Of a DNA stretch of 64,000 nt, positions 21,315 to 29,934 are shown piece after piece (the first letter of the stretch is position 1; every line of letters begins with the position of its first letter). Where the stretch lies: positions 143,482-207,481 of the forward strand of contig CAWGQN010000001.1 in NCBI GenBank assembly GCA_963824885.1, written 5' to 3'. Both the position numbers and the translations under genes were made by a program. Source of the stretch: an uncultured Actinomycetota bacterium (lineage in GTDB: Bacteria; Actinomycetota; Actinomycetes; Actinomycetales; Microbacteriaceae). Under the pieces are notes generated by a model, which made no database searches, was not told the DNA's origin, and saw nothing but the letters and a program-made list of their open reading frames with translations.

Positions 21315-22343
21315 TCATCCTTCGCGCCGAGGCGGAAACGCGGCGGGCGGTGTCGTGGAAACCCCCCGCTTGCGATCCGCTCTCATCTTGATCAGACTCG
21401 CGACGGTTGCAACCGTCATGGTCACCATAATGACAGTCAACGAGGTCAAAGTGTCGATATCGGGAATCGAATCGACGTGGCGGCCACCGTTAATAAAAGG
21501 CAATTCATTGAGGTGAAGGGCGTGCATAACGAGTTTCACGCCAATGAACGCGAGGACAACGGCGATTCCGAACCGGAGGTATGTCAGGCTATCGAGAAGT
21601 CCTCCAAGCAAAAAATACAATTGGCGCAATCCCATCAGCGCGAAAACGTTCGCAGTGAAAACGATGAAGGGACTCTCGGTGATTCCGAAAATTGCCGGAA
21701 TCGAATCGAGCGCAAACAACATGTCTGCCGAGCCAAGCGCCGCAAAGACAATGAGCATTGGGGTGAAATACGTGCGACCGTTCGAGATCGTTCGAATCTT
21801 CATGCCGTCGAATTCGGATGAAATTCGACAACGATTGCGAATGAATCGAATGAAGCGGCTGTCGTTTTGTGCGTGCGCGCCAGGATCCGTGACCACTTGA
21901 TGCAACGCCGTGACGACGAGAAACACACCGAAAAGGTAGAAAATCCAGCTGAAGTGTGCGATCAGTTGGGCACCGAGGATGATGAAGATACCGCGCAACA
22001 CGAGGGCAATAATGATGCCGACCATTAACACGCGCTGTTGGAACAGCGACGGAACCGCAAACCTCGACATAATCACCACGAATACGAAAAGGTTGTCGAC
22101 ACTGAGGCTATATTCGGTGATCCACCCGGCCACGAATTGACCCGCGTAATCGGCGTTCGAGAAGACGAAAACGAGGATTCCAAACACGAGGGCGAGTGCA
22201 ACGTAAAACCCCGCCCAGACCGCGGATTCCCGCGTCGAGGGAACATGCGGGCGCTTGACTACCACGAGCAAATCGACAATGAGTACGAGCGCCAAGACCG
22301 CGCACGATACGACCTCAAACCAGAATGGCGTGACGAGGGCCAT
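21315..22343 (-). CDS. TerC-family integral membrane protein
   Basis: Multi-pass membrane protein with TEYSLSVDNLFVF and FALDSIPAIFG repeats typical of TerC/Alx. Confidence 0.9.
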   Translation of the reverse strand: MALVTPFWFEVVSCAVLALVLIVDLLVVVKRPHVPSTRESAVWAGFYVALALVFGILVFVFSNADYAGQFVAGWITEYSLSVDNLFVFVVIMSRFAVPSLFQQRVLMVGIIIALVLRGIFIILGAQLIAHFSWIFYLFGVFLVVTALHQVVTDPGAHAQNDSRFIRFIRNRCRISSEFDGMKIRTISNGRTYFTPMLIVFAALGSADMLFALDSIPAIFGITESPFIVFTANVFALMGLRQLYFLLGGLLDSLTYLRFGIAVVLAFIGVKLVMHALHLNELPFINGGRHVDSIPDIDTLTSLTVIMVTMTVATVASLIKMRADRKRGVSTTPPAAFPPRREG

Positions 22344-22510
22344 GGCGGCCTTTCTTGCGGGGGTGCGAGTGGCGCACCTCTCGGAACTCCAATAGGACTC
22401 GGTAGCCGCTAATCATATCCGATGAGCAACGGCAACCTCGCTCGACGATCACGGCCCGCGGTGGTTGACACGGCGACCGTTTCTCGCGACGCAACTCGAG
22501 GTCAGACAAA

Positions 22511-22556
22511 GAAAGCTGGGCGACCCAACCGCGTACGGCGGGGCGCCCAGCTTTAT
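22511..22556 (-). terminator. stem-loop downstream of the first adhesin gene
   Basis: agctgggcg (22514-22522) pairs with cgcccagct (22544-22552). On the minus strand the stem is followed by TTTCTTTG. It lies 12 nt after the stop of the 22568 gene. Confidence 0.6.
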
Positions 22557-22567
22557 CGTGTGAGTCA

Positions 22568-23914
22568 TTAGACCCGTCGTCGTCGAGCCCTCACGATCAA
22601 AATAAAACCGACCGCAGAAACGAGGGCGGCTATCGCAACGATTCCGAATATTTCCGCACCGGTCGATGCCAAGATATTCTGCGGGTCCGGGTTGGCCGGT
22701 ACCGATTGCGGCGTCGTTGTCGGTGGCACTTGCGGTGCCGCGGAAGGAGTTGGCGTTGGAGCAGGGCTCGGTGGGTTCTCCTCGGGTGTTGACGGGTTGG
22801 GGGTGTCCTTGTGCGATGGTGGGACCGGGGTTTCCTTTTCAGGGACGTCGGTACCCACCCCCGTGCCTCCGGTCGTGTTTTCGATTTCTCGCTTCACTTT
22901 TTTCTCTTGTTGATCGCCGGGAGTCGAATACGTAAACGTGTTCTCGTAGTCGATTCGAGGCTGCGATTCGGTGATCGTTGCGTTAATTGACGCGGTAATT
23001 GATTCGTAGGCGTCAATACTCTTCGGAACCTCGAACGTCACCTTTGTCTTGTCGCACGAAGCAACTTTTACCCTCCCGTCCGGCATCGCCGGGTCGTAAC
23101 CGGCGCCCAAATTCTTTTGATAATAGTGATAACTGGCGCTTGCGCAATCAAAGGCCATCCCACTGCCGCCGGGCAACTCGTCGGTGATGACGATCGGACC
23201 GGGTTGCTCGGTGTCCGTCACGGGAAGAGCCAGGCTCCACTCAATCGCCCGTTTCGAATCGGTTTCTCCCTCTTTTTTCGGCGACGCCCAGTACCCCCAT
23301 TTCATTGCGGGCCGGGTCTTATTGGGGGTGGATGGCTCCGATTGAGACGGCCCGCTCGAAGGATTACTATCTCCAATCGGCACCACGTGCCCATTGATAC
23401 TCTTCGTGACTTGTTTCTTCTCGTCGAGCGGTTGTTCCTCGACGCGACGAACAGAGAAATATCCGTCGCCGTGAACGTTCAGCGGATGGTCGGTCACGTA
23501 ATCGGTCAGAGTGAATGTTGCGGTCTTGTCATGCCACGTGCCCGTTGCAATTGCGCGACCGCCGCCGCCCTTTGGCGCCCCCGCGACTTGTTCTTTCAAG
23601 GTAATCGGAACGATGTCGGCGCTTTCCAGACCGTCCGGAAGAACGAGGGTAAACGTGTCGCCCGGTTGAGAGTGATCGGGAACCGCCCACGTGAATTTCA
23701 GTTCCGTCACCGAACCGTTGGGGCCCATTGCCGTCGTGGCTGGGAAACTCGTGATTGCCCCGTCGATTGTTGCCGCCGTGGCGGATTGAGGGCGAACGAT
23801 TGCGCCCGCCGATGCTAGAGAGACGGCTCCCACCGAAAGCGCCGCCATCAACGCCATCGACCGTTTCAAATGATCGGGACGTCGATTGTTTTTGCCCACG
23901 CCACTGTCGCGCAT
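22568..23914 (-). CDS. LAxTG-anchored MSCRAMM/collagen-binding-like surface adhesin (B1)
   Basis: RBS GAAGGAG before the MRDSG start and a signal peptide ...ALMAALSVGAVSLASAGA. The N-terminal Ig-like adhesin region has FTWAVPDHSQPGDTFTLVLP, followed by a Cna-A-like IEWSLALPV...ITDELP block and a Pro/Thr-rich stalk. The C-terminus is LASTG, then a hydrophobic helix and RARRRRV. Confidence 0.85.
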   Translation of the reverse strand: MRDSGVGKNNRRPDHLKRSMALMAALSVGAVSLASAGAIVRPQSATAATIDGAITSFPATTAMGPNGSVTELKFTWAVPDHSQPGDTFTLVLPDGLESADIVPITLKEQVAGAPKGGGGRAIATGTWHDKTATFTLTDYVTDHPLNVHGDGYFSVRRVEEQPLDEKKQVTKSINGHVVPIGDSNPSSGPSQSEPSTPNKTRPAMKWGYWASPKKEGETDSKRAIEWSLALPVTDTEQPGPIVITDELPGGSGMAFDCASASYHYYQKNLGAGYDPAMPDGRVKVASCDKTKVTFEVPKSIDAYESITASINATITESQPRIDYENTFTYSTPGDQQEKKVKREIENTTGGTGVGTDVPEKETPVPPSHKDTPNPSTPEENPPSPAPTPTPSAAPQVPPTTTPQSVPANPDPQNILASTGAEIFGIVAIAALVSAVGFILIVRARRRRV

Positions 23915-24082
23915 TGTGCTCCTTCTCATTCTGACTACCGTGTTCATCGAACGTGAACATCGTTCCGGTCGGATAGAGAAAGAGTCATCGCGGTCGTGAC
24001 GCAATAGGGCTTGTTTTCACCCTGTGCCGGTTAAAGAATCGCCCTCGAGGACCACAGTGTGACGCGCTTTAGAGGGTAAATA

Positions 24083-24122
24083 GGCCGGGCGGCACCATCA
24101 TCCCGAATGGTGCCGCCCGGCC
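24083..24122 (-). terminator. perfect 16-bp stem hairpin downstream of adhesin B2
   Basis: ggccgggcggcaccat / atggtgccgcccggcc with an 8-nt loop catcccga, 16 nt after the B2 stop. The same hairpin sequence recurs at 29871 and partly at 31035. Confidence 0.65.
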
Positions 24123-24137
24123 TCCAGCAGGAGCGCG

Positions 24138-25244
24138 TTAGACGCGGCGCCTGCGGGCCATGACCACCAGAATCAATCCGGCGGCAGCAACGAGTGCCGC
24201 GAGCCCAATGATGCCAATTACCTCAGCCCCGGTTGGTGCGAGCGCGGGAGTGGGAGGCTCGGCACTCGGAACGCCTGCGGGAACGTCGGCGGGAACGTCC
24301 GCGGGAACGACCGACGGGGTGTCGGACGACGCGGGAGTCGTTGTCTCTGGCGTCGTCGTAGCCGGCTGCTCGGGTGCGGCAGGTGGCGCGGTCGCGACCG
24401 TCGTCGGAACACGAGGAGCTTCCGGCGTCGGAGGCGCCACGGGAGTGGGCGTTGACTCAGACGGTGGCACGGGAACCGGTGTCGGTTCCGGGCACGGCTT
24501 CGCAACCGGGACGGGTACTGGTTCCGGGCACGGCTTCGCAACCGGGACCGGAGCGGGCTCGGGACGCGGCTCCGTCACGACGGGAACCGGTGCTGGTTCC
24601 GGGCACGGTTTCGCAACCGGGACGGGTGCTGGTTCCGGGCACGGCTTCGCAACCGGGGCCGGAGCGGGCTTCGGGCACGGAAAGGCCGGCCGAATCGGCG
24701 TCAGGCCCGCTCCTGAGAGTGGCGAGCCATACGTGTGCGTGCTCTCAATGAGAACCGGTGAATTTCCCGCGGTGAACTGATTCGGCGTGTACGTGACCTG
24801 CGAACCGCTATCGGTTCCTTCGCTCACGCGACACGTGGACCCGGTGGGAACACGCGTGGCTCCCGAGCCACCCGGAACGACCGGGACTCGGAGGACGCCG
24901 CCCGGCAATTCCGGGGTACACGACAATCGTGCGACGTAGCCGACGGGAAGAGTATCTGACGCCGTGCCGACAATCTGATCGCGGAATTCCACGGGCGCAA
25001 AGCTGGGACTCGACGAATCGTTGGTGACGACCGGCTTTTCGCCATTCGTGGCCGTCGACGAATTGGCTGAATGTGCGCTTGTCGCCGAATCCGCCGTCGT
25101 CTCAGCGGATGCCGACTGAACGGTTGCGAAAGCACCAATCGCTACGATTGACAAAGAGCCAATCGCAAGCGCCGCCTTCGGCATGACGGACCGTCTCGAA
25201 CGGTTGGGATTTCGATCGGTTTTTTCCACGCCGAATTTGCGCAT
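24138..25244 (-). CDS. LAxTG-anchored surface protein with one two-Cys domain and a Cys/Pro-rich repeat stalk (B2)
   Basis: RBS GGAGGA and a signal peptide ending SASA. One domain is LSCTPELPGG...GSTCRVSEG, followed by five KPCPEPAPVPVA-type repeats. The C-terminus is LAPTG, then a TM helix and ARRRRV. Confidence 0.85.
   Translation of the reverse strand: MRKFGVEKTDRNPNRSRRSVMPKAALAIGSLSIVAIGAFATVQSASAETTADSATSAHSANSSTATNGEKPVVTNDSSSPSFAPVEFRDQIVGTASDTLPVGYVARLSCTPELPGGVLRVPVVPGGSGATRVPTGSTCRVSEGTDSGSQVTYTPNQFTAGNSPVLIESTHTYGSPLSGAGLTPIRPAFPCPKPAPAPVAKPCPEPAPVPVAKPCPEPAPVPVVTEPRPEPAPVPVAKPCPEPVPVPVAKPCPEPTPVPVPPSESTPTPVAPPTPEAPRVPTTVATAPPAAPEQPATTTPETTTPASSDTPSVVPADVPADVPAGVPSAEPPTPALAPTGAEVIGIIGLAALVAAAGLILVVMARRRRV
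24484..24690. repeat. tandem 36-bp (12-codon) in-frame repeats
   Basis: The unit ggttccgggcacggcttcgcaaccgggacgggtact is repeated at 24484, 24520, 24595 and 24631, with diverged units between and after them. On the minus strand they encode KPCPEPAPVPVA. Confidence 0.9.
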
Positions 25245-25457
25245 GGGTATCCTCCACGGGTAGGGGGGTTAACGTGCTCAGGGATTTAAGCGACGTTCGG
25301 GTGATAACGAGGACGATTGTGCCAATCAATGACGCAAATGCAATGAGAACCTACCGGTGGCCTTTCGTGCCGACGAGCGCGCGAATACACCCGCGCAGAG
25401 AGCTCTCGTCCGCGCGTGGTCGCGGCGTGCCGGGACGTGACACGCGCCTCGTTCCCT

Positions 25458-25485
25458 GCGAATCCGGCGCAAAGGCCGGATTCGC
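25458..25485 (-). terminator. 11-bp stem hairpin downstream of the giant repeat gene
   Basis: gcgaatccggc / gccggattcgc with loop gcaaag, about 140 nt after the B3 stop. There is no clear U-tract, so terminator function is uncertain. Confidence 0.35.
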
Positions 25486-25624
25486 GGCACCAATTTCTGC
25501 TCGAGGCTCGAGACAGCGTGACCAAAGACACGCTTTGCATGAGCGCAAAATAATTGAAATAGGTCCCAGTTAATTTCACCCTCAAGTGGAGGATTTTTTC
25601 ACCCTCTACGCGTGATTGTTCATC

Positions 25625-28600
25625 CTAACGGGCCACGGTGGTGATGACTTTCACGCTCGTTTCCGGCAAGAAAACGAAGCTCTGGCTCGGCTCATACGAG
25701 ACGCTTGCCCCAGCCGGTGGGTTGAGCGCTTGAAGCGTGCACGTCGAACCGAGCGAAAAGAAGCCCGTGCTCAGCGCCGCGGAATTTGGCCCAAGCGCCA
25801 GTGTTTCCGACGCTACTGGACCACCGCTCGGCGCGGTGCACGTGAGACTCACGAGGGAGCTCGTTGACGGCGGCAACGGCGGCATCCCCTCGACCACGAC
25901 ATTGGTGACAAATATTTTTCGCGGCGCGTAGTAGTTCGCCACCGCTACGGTCACGGGAGAATCGCCCGCAAGAAACGTCGCGGGACTATACGAGACCGTA
26001 GCGTTTGGCGGCGGAGTCGATTCCACGACACCGCACATTGACCCACTCGTAACCTGTTGCACAACGGGCGTTCCATCGGCTGGCAACTCCACGGGGTAGG
26101 TCACTGCGGGACCGCCAGCTCCCGGCGTGCACGTCACCATCACCACGTAACCGCTTGGCGCTGGTTCGGGGGGAAATCCTTGGACAGCGGTGTGCAATTT
26201 TACCGGCGTTGTCGGAATCACCGTTGGATACGTGTTCACAATGGTCACGTGTGCGCACTGCGGACCGACCGTAAACGTCGCACCGGGTTCATACGTCACC
26301 GTCGCACCCGCGGGCGTCGGTTCATTGACGGTGCACGACGACCCCACCGCAATCCCGAGCGTCGAGACGACCGTCCCGTCCGCGGGAAGCGTCAACACCA
26401 CCGGATCAGTCGGCGTCCCCCCGGGAGGAGTACACGTCAACGTCGCACCATACGAATCAGGAACCGGAACCGGCGGCGTTCCCACGACAGACTTATGAAC
26501 ATTCACACTCACCGTCGACGGAACAAACGAGTTGAAAACCGTAACATGAGTGCCCTGCGGGCCCGCGACAAACGTCGCACCGGGATCATACGTGACCATC
26601 GCACCCGATGGCGGGTTCGGCTCGTCAATCGTGCACGACGACCCCACCGCAATCCCGAGCGTCGAGACCAAGGAACCATCAGCCGGAAGCGTCAACGCAA
26701 CTGGACCAGTCGGCGTCCCCCCGGGAGGAGTACACGTTAACGTCGCACCATACGAATCAGGAACCGGAACCGGCGGCGTTCCCACGACAGACTTATGAAC
26801 ATTCACACTCACCGTGGGCGTAACAAACGTGTTCACAATCGTTACATTCGCACCCTGCGGACCCGCGACAAACGTCGCACCGGGTTCATACGTCACCGTC
26901 GCACCCGCGGGCGGCATCGGTTCATCAACGATACAGAACGACCCCACCGCAATCCCCGGCGTCGAGACCACGGAACCATCAGCCGGAAGAGTCACGACGA
27001 CCGGTTTACCGGGAACACCCACCGGAGGAGTACACGTCAACGTCGCACCATACGATTCAGGAATCGGAACCGGCGGCGTCCCGACGACCGACTTATGGAG
27101 AGTCGCAGAAACCGTCGTGGGCGCATAAGAGTTCAGAATCGTCGCGTTCGCACCCTGTGGACCCACCGTAAACGTCGCACCGGGTTGATACGTGACGGTC
27201 GCACCCGCAGGCGGCATGGGTTCCTCAACGGTGCACGATGACCCCACCGCAATCCCCGGCGTCGAGACCACGGAACCATCAGCCGGAAGAGTCAACGCTA
27301 CCGGCTGACCAGGAACACCGAGCGGAGGAGTACACGTCAACGTCGCACCATACGATTCAGGAACCGGAACCGGCGGCGTCCCGTTAATCGCTTTATTAAT
27401 ATTCACGCTCACTGTCGGCGGCCCAAAGGTATTCGTTACCGTCACTATCGCACCGTGCGGACCAACGGTGAAGGTCGCGGAAGGGGCATACGTCACCGTC
27501 GCACCCGCGGGCGGAGAAGGCTCGTCAACCGTGCACGACGACCCCACGACAATCCCGGGTGTCGAGACGACAGTCCCATCCACCGGAAGACTCACCACCA
27601 CGGACTCGCCCGGAGTCCCACCGGGAGGAGTACACGTCACCGTCACCGCAAACGAATCGGGTACCGGAGTCGGGGGCATCCCCACGACCGCTTTGTGCGT
27701 GCCGACCGTCGCCGTCGCCGGCGCAAACGTATTCACAACCGTCACATCCGCACCCTGCGGACCCGCAACAAAAGTCGCACCGGGCTCATACGTCACGGTC
27801 GCACCCGCCGGAGGGTTCGGCTCGTCAATCGTGCACGACGACCCCACCGCAATTCCCGGCGTCGACACAACGGTCCCGTCCGCCGGAAGACTCACCACCA
27901 CCGGCTGACCAGGAATACCCACGGGAGGAGCACACGTCAACGTCACCGCATACGAATCAGGAACCGGAGTCGGGGGCGTCCCCACGACCGCCTTGTGACT
28001 GCTCACCGTGACTGTCGCGGGTCCAAAGTAGTTCTTGACAATCACATCGATTCCGTTCGTGCCCACGACAAAAGTCGCCCCGGGATCGAACGTCACAATT
28101 GCACCCGCCGGAGGGTTCGGCTCGTCAATCGTGCACGACGACCCCACGGCAATCCCCGCGGTTGACACGACTGTTCCATCTGCGGGAAGAGCCACCATGA
28201 CCGGGTCACTCGGAGTCCCGCCGGGAGGAGTACACGTCACGGTCGCCGCATACGAATCGGGTACCGGTGTCGGGGGTGTGCCCTCGACGGTTTTGTGCAT
28301 GCCTATCGTCGCCGTTGCCGGCGGAAAGGTATTTACTATCGTCACATCTGCGCCCTGCGGACCCGCATCAAAAGTCGCACCGGGCTCATACGTGACCGTC
28401 GCACCCGCCGGAGGAGAAGACTCCTCTATTGTGCACGACGAACCCACCTCAATCGAGGGCGTCGACACGACGGTCCCATCGGCCGGAAGCACGACTATCA
28501 CCGGCTCAGTCGGAATACCGATCGGAGGAGTACACGTCAACGTCGCCGCATACGAATCGGGTGCGGGAGTCGGGGGTGTCCCCACGACGGCCTTGTGGAT

Positions 28601-29740
28601 ACCGACGGTGACCGTGTCAGGTCCGAAGGAGTTGACGACCGTCGCGTCCGCACCCTGCGGTCCTACCGTAAACGTCGCACCGGGTTCATACGTCACGGTC
28701 GCGCCAACCGGAGGAGCAGGCTCGTCGAGCGTGCACGACGACCCCACCGCAATTCCCGGCGTCGAAACCACGGAACCATCCGCGGGAAGCGTCACGGCAA
28801 CGGGATCACCCGGAATCCCACCGGGGGGCGTACACGTCACAGTCGCAGCGTATGACTGAGGCGCTGGAACCGAAGGACTACCGACAATCGCTTTATGGAT
28901 ATTCACGCTCACCGTCGCCGGAACGAACGTATTCGTTACCGTGACAATGACGCCGTGCGGACCGACCGTAAAGGTTGCCCCAGGGGCATACGTCACGGTC
29001 GCATCGGCGGGAGGAGAGGGTTCGTCGGCGGTACACGACGACCCCACCGCAATTCCCTGCGTCGAGACCACGGAACCATCCGCGGGAAGAGTCAGGGCAA
29101 CGGGGTCACCTGGAACCCCACCCGGAGGAGTACACGTTAGCGTCGCACCGTACATTTCGGGCATGGGAACGGTCGGCGTTCCCACGACGACCTTATGCAC
29201 TCCCACGCTCACGGTCGTGACCACGACAATCGTCAACGAAACATCGCCGTTGATCAGATACGTTGTTGTCCCATTGGCGACGGGGTCATTGAGCGTGACG
29301 CCAAAAAAACCGGTCCCCGTGATATTGAGCGGTTGTGTCGTTACAAAGCTTGTCAACGTGCACGTCGCGGTTTGGCCAACCCACGCACAATTCGCCATCG
29401 CCGAGCCGTCGGCTGCCAAGAGATCGAACGCCTCTCCCCCGGTCGACGTCAGCTCGGTCGGCAGCGCGATGGTGAACGTGTCGCCCTCCGGAGTGTTATC
29501 CGGAACGCCCCACACAAAGTCGAGCTTGAAAGAGCTGCCGTTCGTCACCGATGGCGCCGTCGTGGACACGCTTGTGATTGCACCGGGTACGTCCGCCGCC
29601 CTCGCCGCGTGCGTTGGCACGAGTGCACCAATCGAGACAAGCGACAGTGTTGTCAACAACAACGCCGAAAGCGATGAAAGCCACCGCCTCATCCAGCCTT
29701 TTTCGACGGAAACGATCACATTACCGGCGGCGTTTTCCAT
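25625..29740 (-). CDS. giant secreted repeat protein (B3): adhesin-type N-domain plus 12 tandem two-Cys ~100-aa domains, with no C-terminal anchor
   Basis: Uninterrupted frame of 1371 codons from MENAAG (RBS GAGGGGGGA). The signal peptide is MRRWLSSLSALLLTTLSLVSIGALVPTHAARA. The N-domain FVWGVPDNTPEGDTFTIALP is homologous to B1. It is followed by 12 units of ...SYxATLTCTPPxGxPGxPVxxxLPADGxVVSTPGIAVGSSCTxxEPxPPAGATVTYEPGATF.... The protein ends ...VKVITTVAR with no LAxTG motif or TM helix. Confidence 0.9.
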   Translation of the reverse strand: MENAAGNVIVSVEKGWMRRWLSSLSALLLTTLSLVSIGALVPTHAARAADVPGAITSVSTTAPSVTNGSSFKLDFVWGVPDNTPEGDTFTIALPTELTSTGGEAFDLLAADGSAMANCAWVGQTATCTLTSFVTTQPLNITGTGFFGVTLNDPVANGTTTYLINGDVSLTIVVVTTVSVGVHKVVVGTPTVPMPEMYGATLTCTPPGGVPGDPVALTLPADGSVVSTQGIAVGSSCTADEPSPPADATVTYAPGATFTVGPHGVIVTVTNTFVPATVSVNIHKAIVGSPSVPAPQSYAATVTCTPPGGIPGDPVAVTLPADGSVVSTPGIAVGSSCTLDEPAPPVGATVTYEPGATFTVGPQGADATVVNSFGPDTVTVGIHKAVVGTPPTPAPDSYAATLTCTPPIGIPTEPVIVVLPADGTVVSTPSIEVGSSCTIEESSPPAGATVTYEPGATFDAGPQGADVTIVNTFPPATATIGMHKTVEGTPPTPVPDSYAATVTCTPPGGTPSDPVMVALPADGTVVSTAGIAVGSSCTIDEPNPPAGAIVTFDPGATFVVGTNGIDVIVKNYFGPATVTVSSHKAVVGTPPTPVPDSYAVTLTCAPPVGIPGQPVVVSLPADGTVVSTPGIAVGSSCTIDEPNPPAGATVTYEPGATFVAGPQGADVTVVNTFAPATATVGTHKAVVGMPPTPVPDSFAVTVTCTPPGGTPGESVVVSLPVDGTVVSTPGIVVGSSCTVDEPSPPAGATVTYAPSATFTVGPHGAIVTVTNTFGPPTVSVNINKAINGTPPVPVPESYGATLTCTPPLGVPGQPVALTLPADGSVVSTPGIAVGSSCTVEEPMPPAGATVTYQPGATFTVGPQGANATILNSYAPTTVSATLHKSVVGTPPVPIPESYGATLTCTPPVGVPGKPVVVTLPADGSVVSTPGIAVGSFCIVDEPMPPAGATVTYEPGATFVAGPQGANVTIVNTFVTPTVSVNVHKSVVGTPPVPVPDSYGATLTCTPPGGTPTGPVALTLPADGSLVSTLGIAVGSSCTIDEPNPPSGAMVTYDPGATFVAGPQGTHVTVFNSFVPSTVSVNVHKSVVGTPPVPVPDSYGATLTCTPPGGTPTDPVVLTLPADGTVVSTLGIAVGSSCTVNEPTPAGATVTYEPGATFTVGPQCAHVTIVNTYPTVIPTTPVKLHTAVQGFPPEPAPSGYVVMVTCTPGAGGPAVTYPVELPADGTPVVQQVTSGSMCGVVESTPPPNATVSYSPATFLAGDSPVTVAVANYYAPRKIFVTNVVVEGMPPLPPSTSSLVSLTCTAPSGGPVASETLALGPNSAALSTGFFSLGSTCTLQALNPPAGASVSYEPSQSFVFLPETSVKVITTVAR
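25628..29218. repeat. about 300-bp tandem coding repeats (12 units, the central ones nearly identical)
   Basis: Identical strings recur at exact 300-bp spacing. For example, accccaccgcaatcccgagcgtcgagac occurs at 26341 and 26641, and accccaccgcaatccccggcgtcgagaccacggaaccatcagccggaagagtca at 26941 and 27241. Confidence 0.9.
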
Positions 29741-29870
29741 TGTGTCCCCCCTCAGGACGAGGCCCTCGTACACACGTTGGACGCGGTACCTCAATCGAGA
29801 GACGACCAAACAACCAAATCGTGACGCCACGACGCAAAGAAGAATTTTACGAGCGGAGCGCTGCGCGTGA

Positions 29871-29912
29871 AAACCGGGCGGCACCATAATCCCGAATGGT
29901 GCCGCCCGGTTT
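29871..29912 (-). terminator. intrinsic terminator hairpin downstream of adhesin B4
   Basis: aaaccgggcggcaccat / atggtgccgcccggttt, a 17-bp stem with 8-nt loop aatcccga and flanking A/T tracts (TTTT after the stem on the minus strand). It lies 23 nt after the B4 stop. Confidence 0.75.
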
Positions 29913-29934
29913 GACCTTGTGCGTCAGAAACGAG

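Noticed and set aside
22344-22510. Possible yybP-ykoY (Mn) riboswitch in the ~165-nt leader of the TerC-family gene
   Set aside because: TerC genes often carry this riboswitch. I could not find the conserved GGGGAGUAG and UUGACAUA cores on the minus strand, so I make no call. A covariance-model scan (Rfam RF00080) would settle it.
22344-22567. Direct repeat of the tRNA-Glu 3' end at the far (terC-side) border of the adhesin island
   Set aside because: I looked for tgaccccagcgggattcgaaccc-like sequence near 22.3-22.6 kb and found none. No integrase gene is present either, so a classical tRNA-targeting island cannot be claimed.
26057-29870. Many long plus-strand ORFs (e.g. 28035..28859, 28941..29870, 27455..28165) antisense to the giant repeat gene
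   Set aside because: They are mirror-frame artefacts of a GC-rich repetitive coding region. The minus-strand frame is open for 1371 codons, has an RBS and a signal peptide, and repeats a coherent two-Cys domain. The plus-strand products are Arg/Gly/Thr low-complexity sequences.
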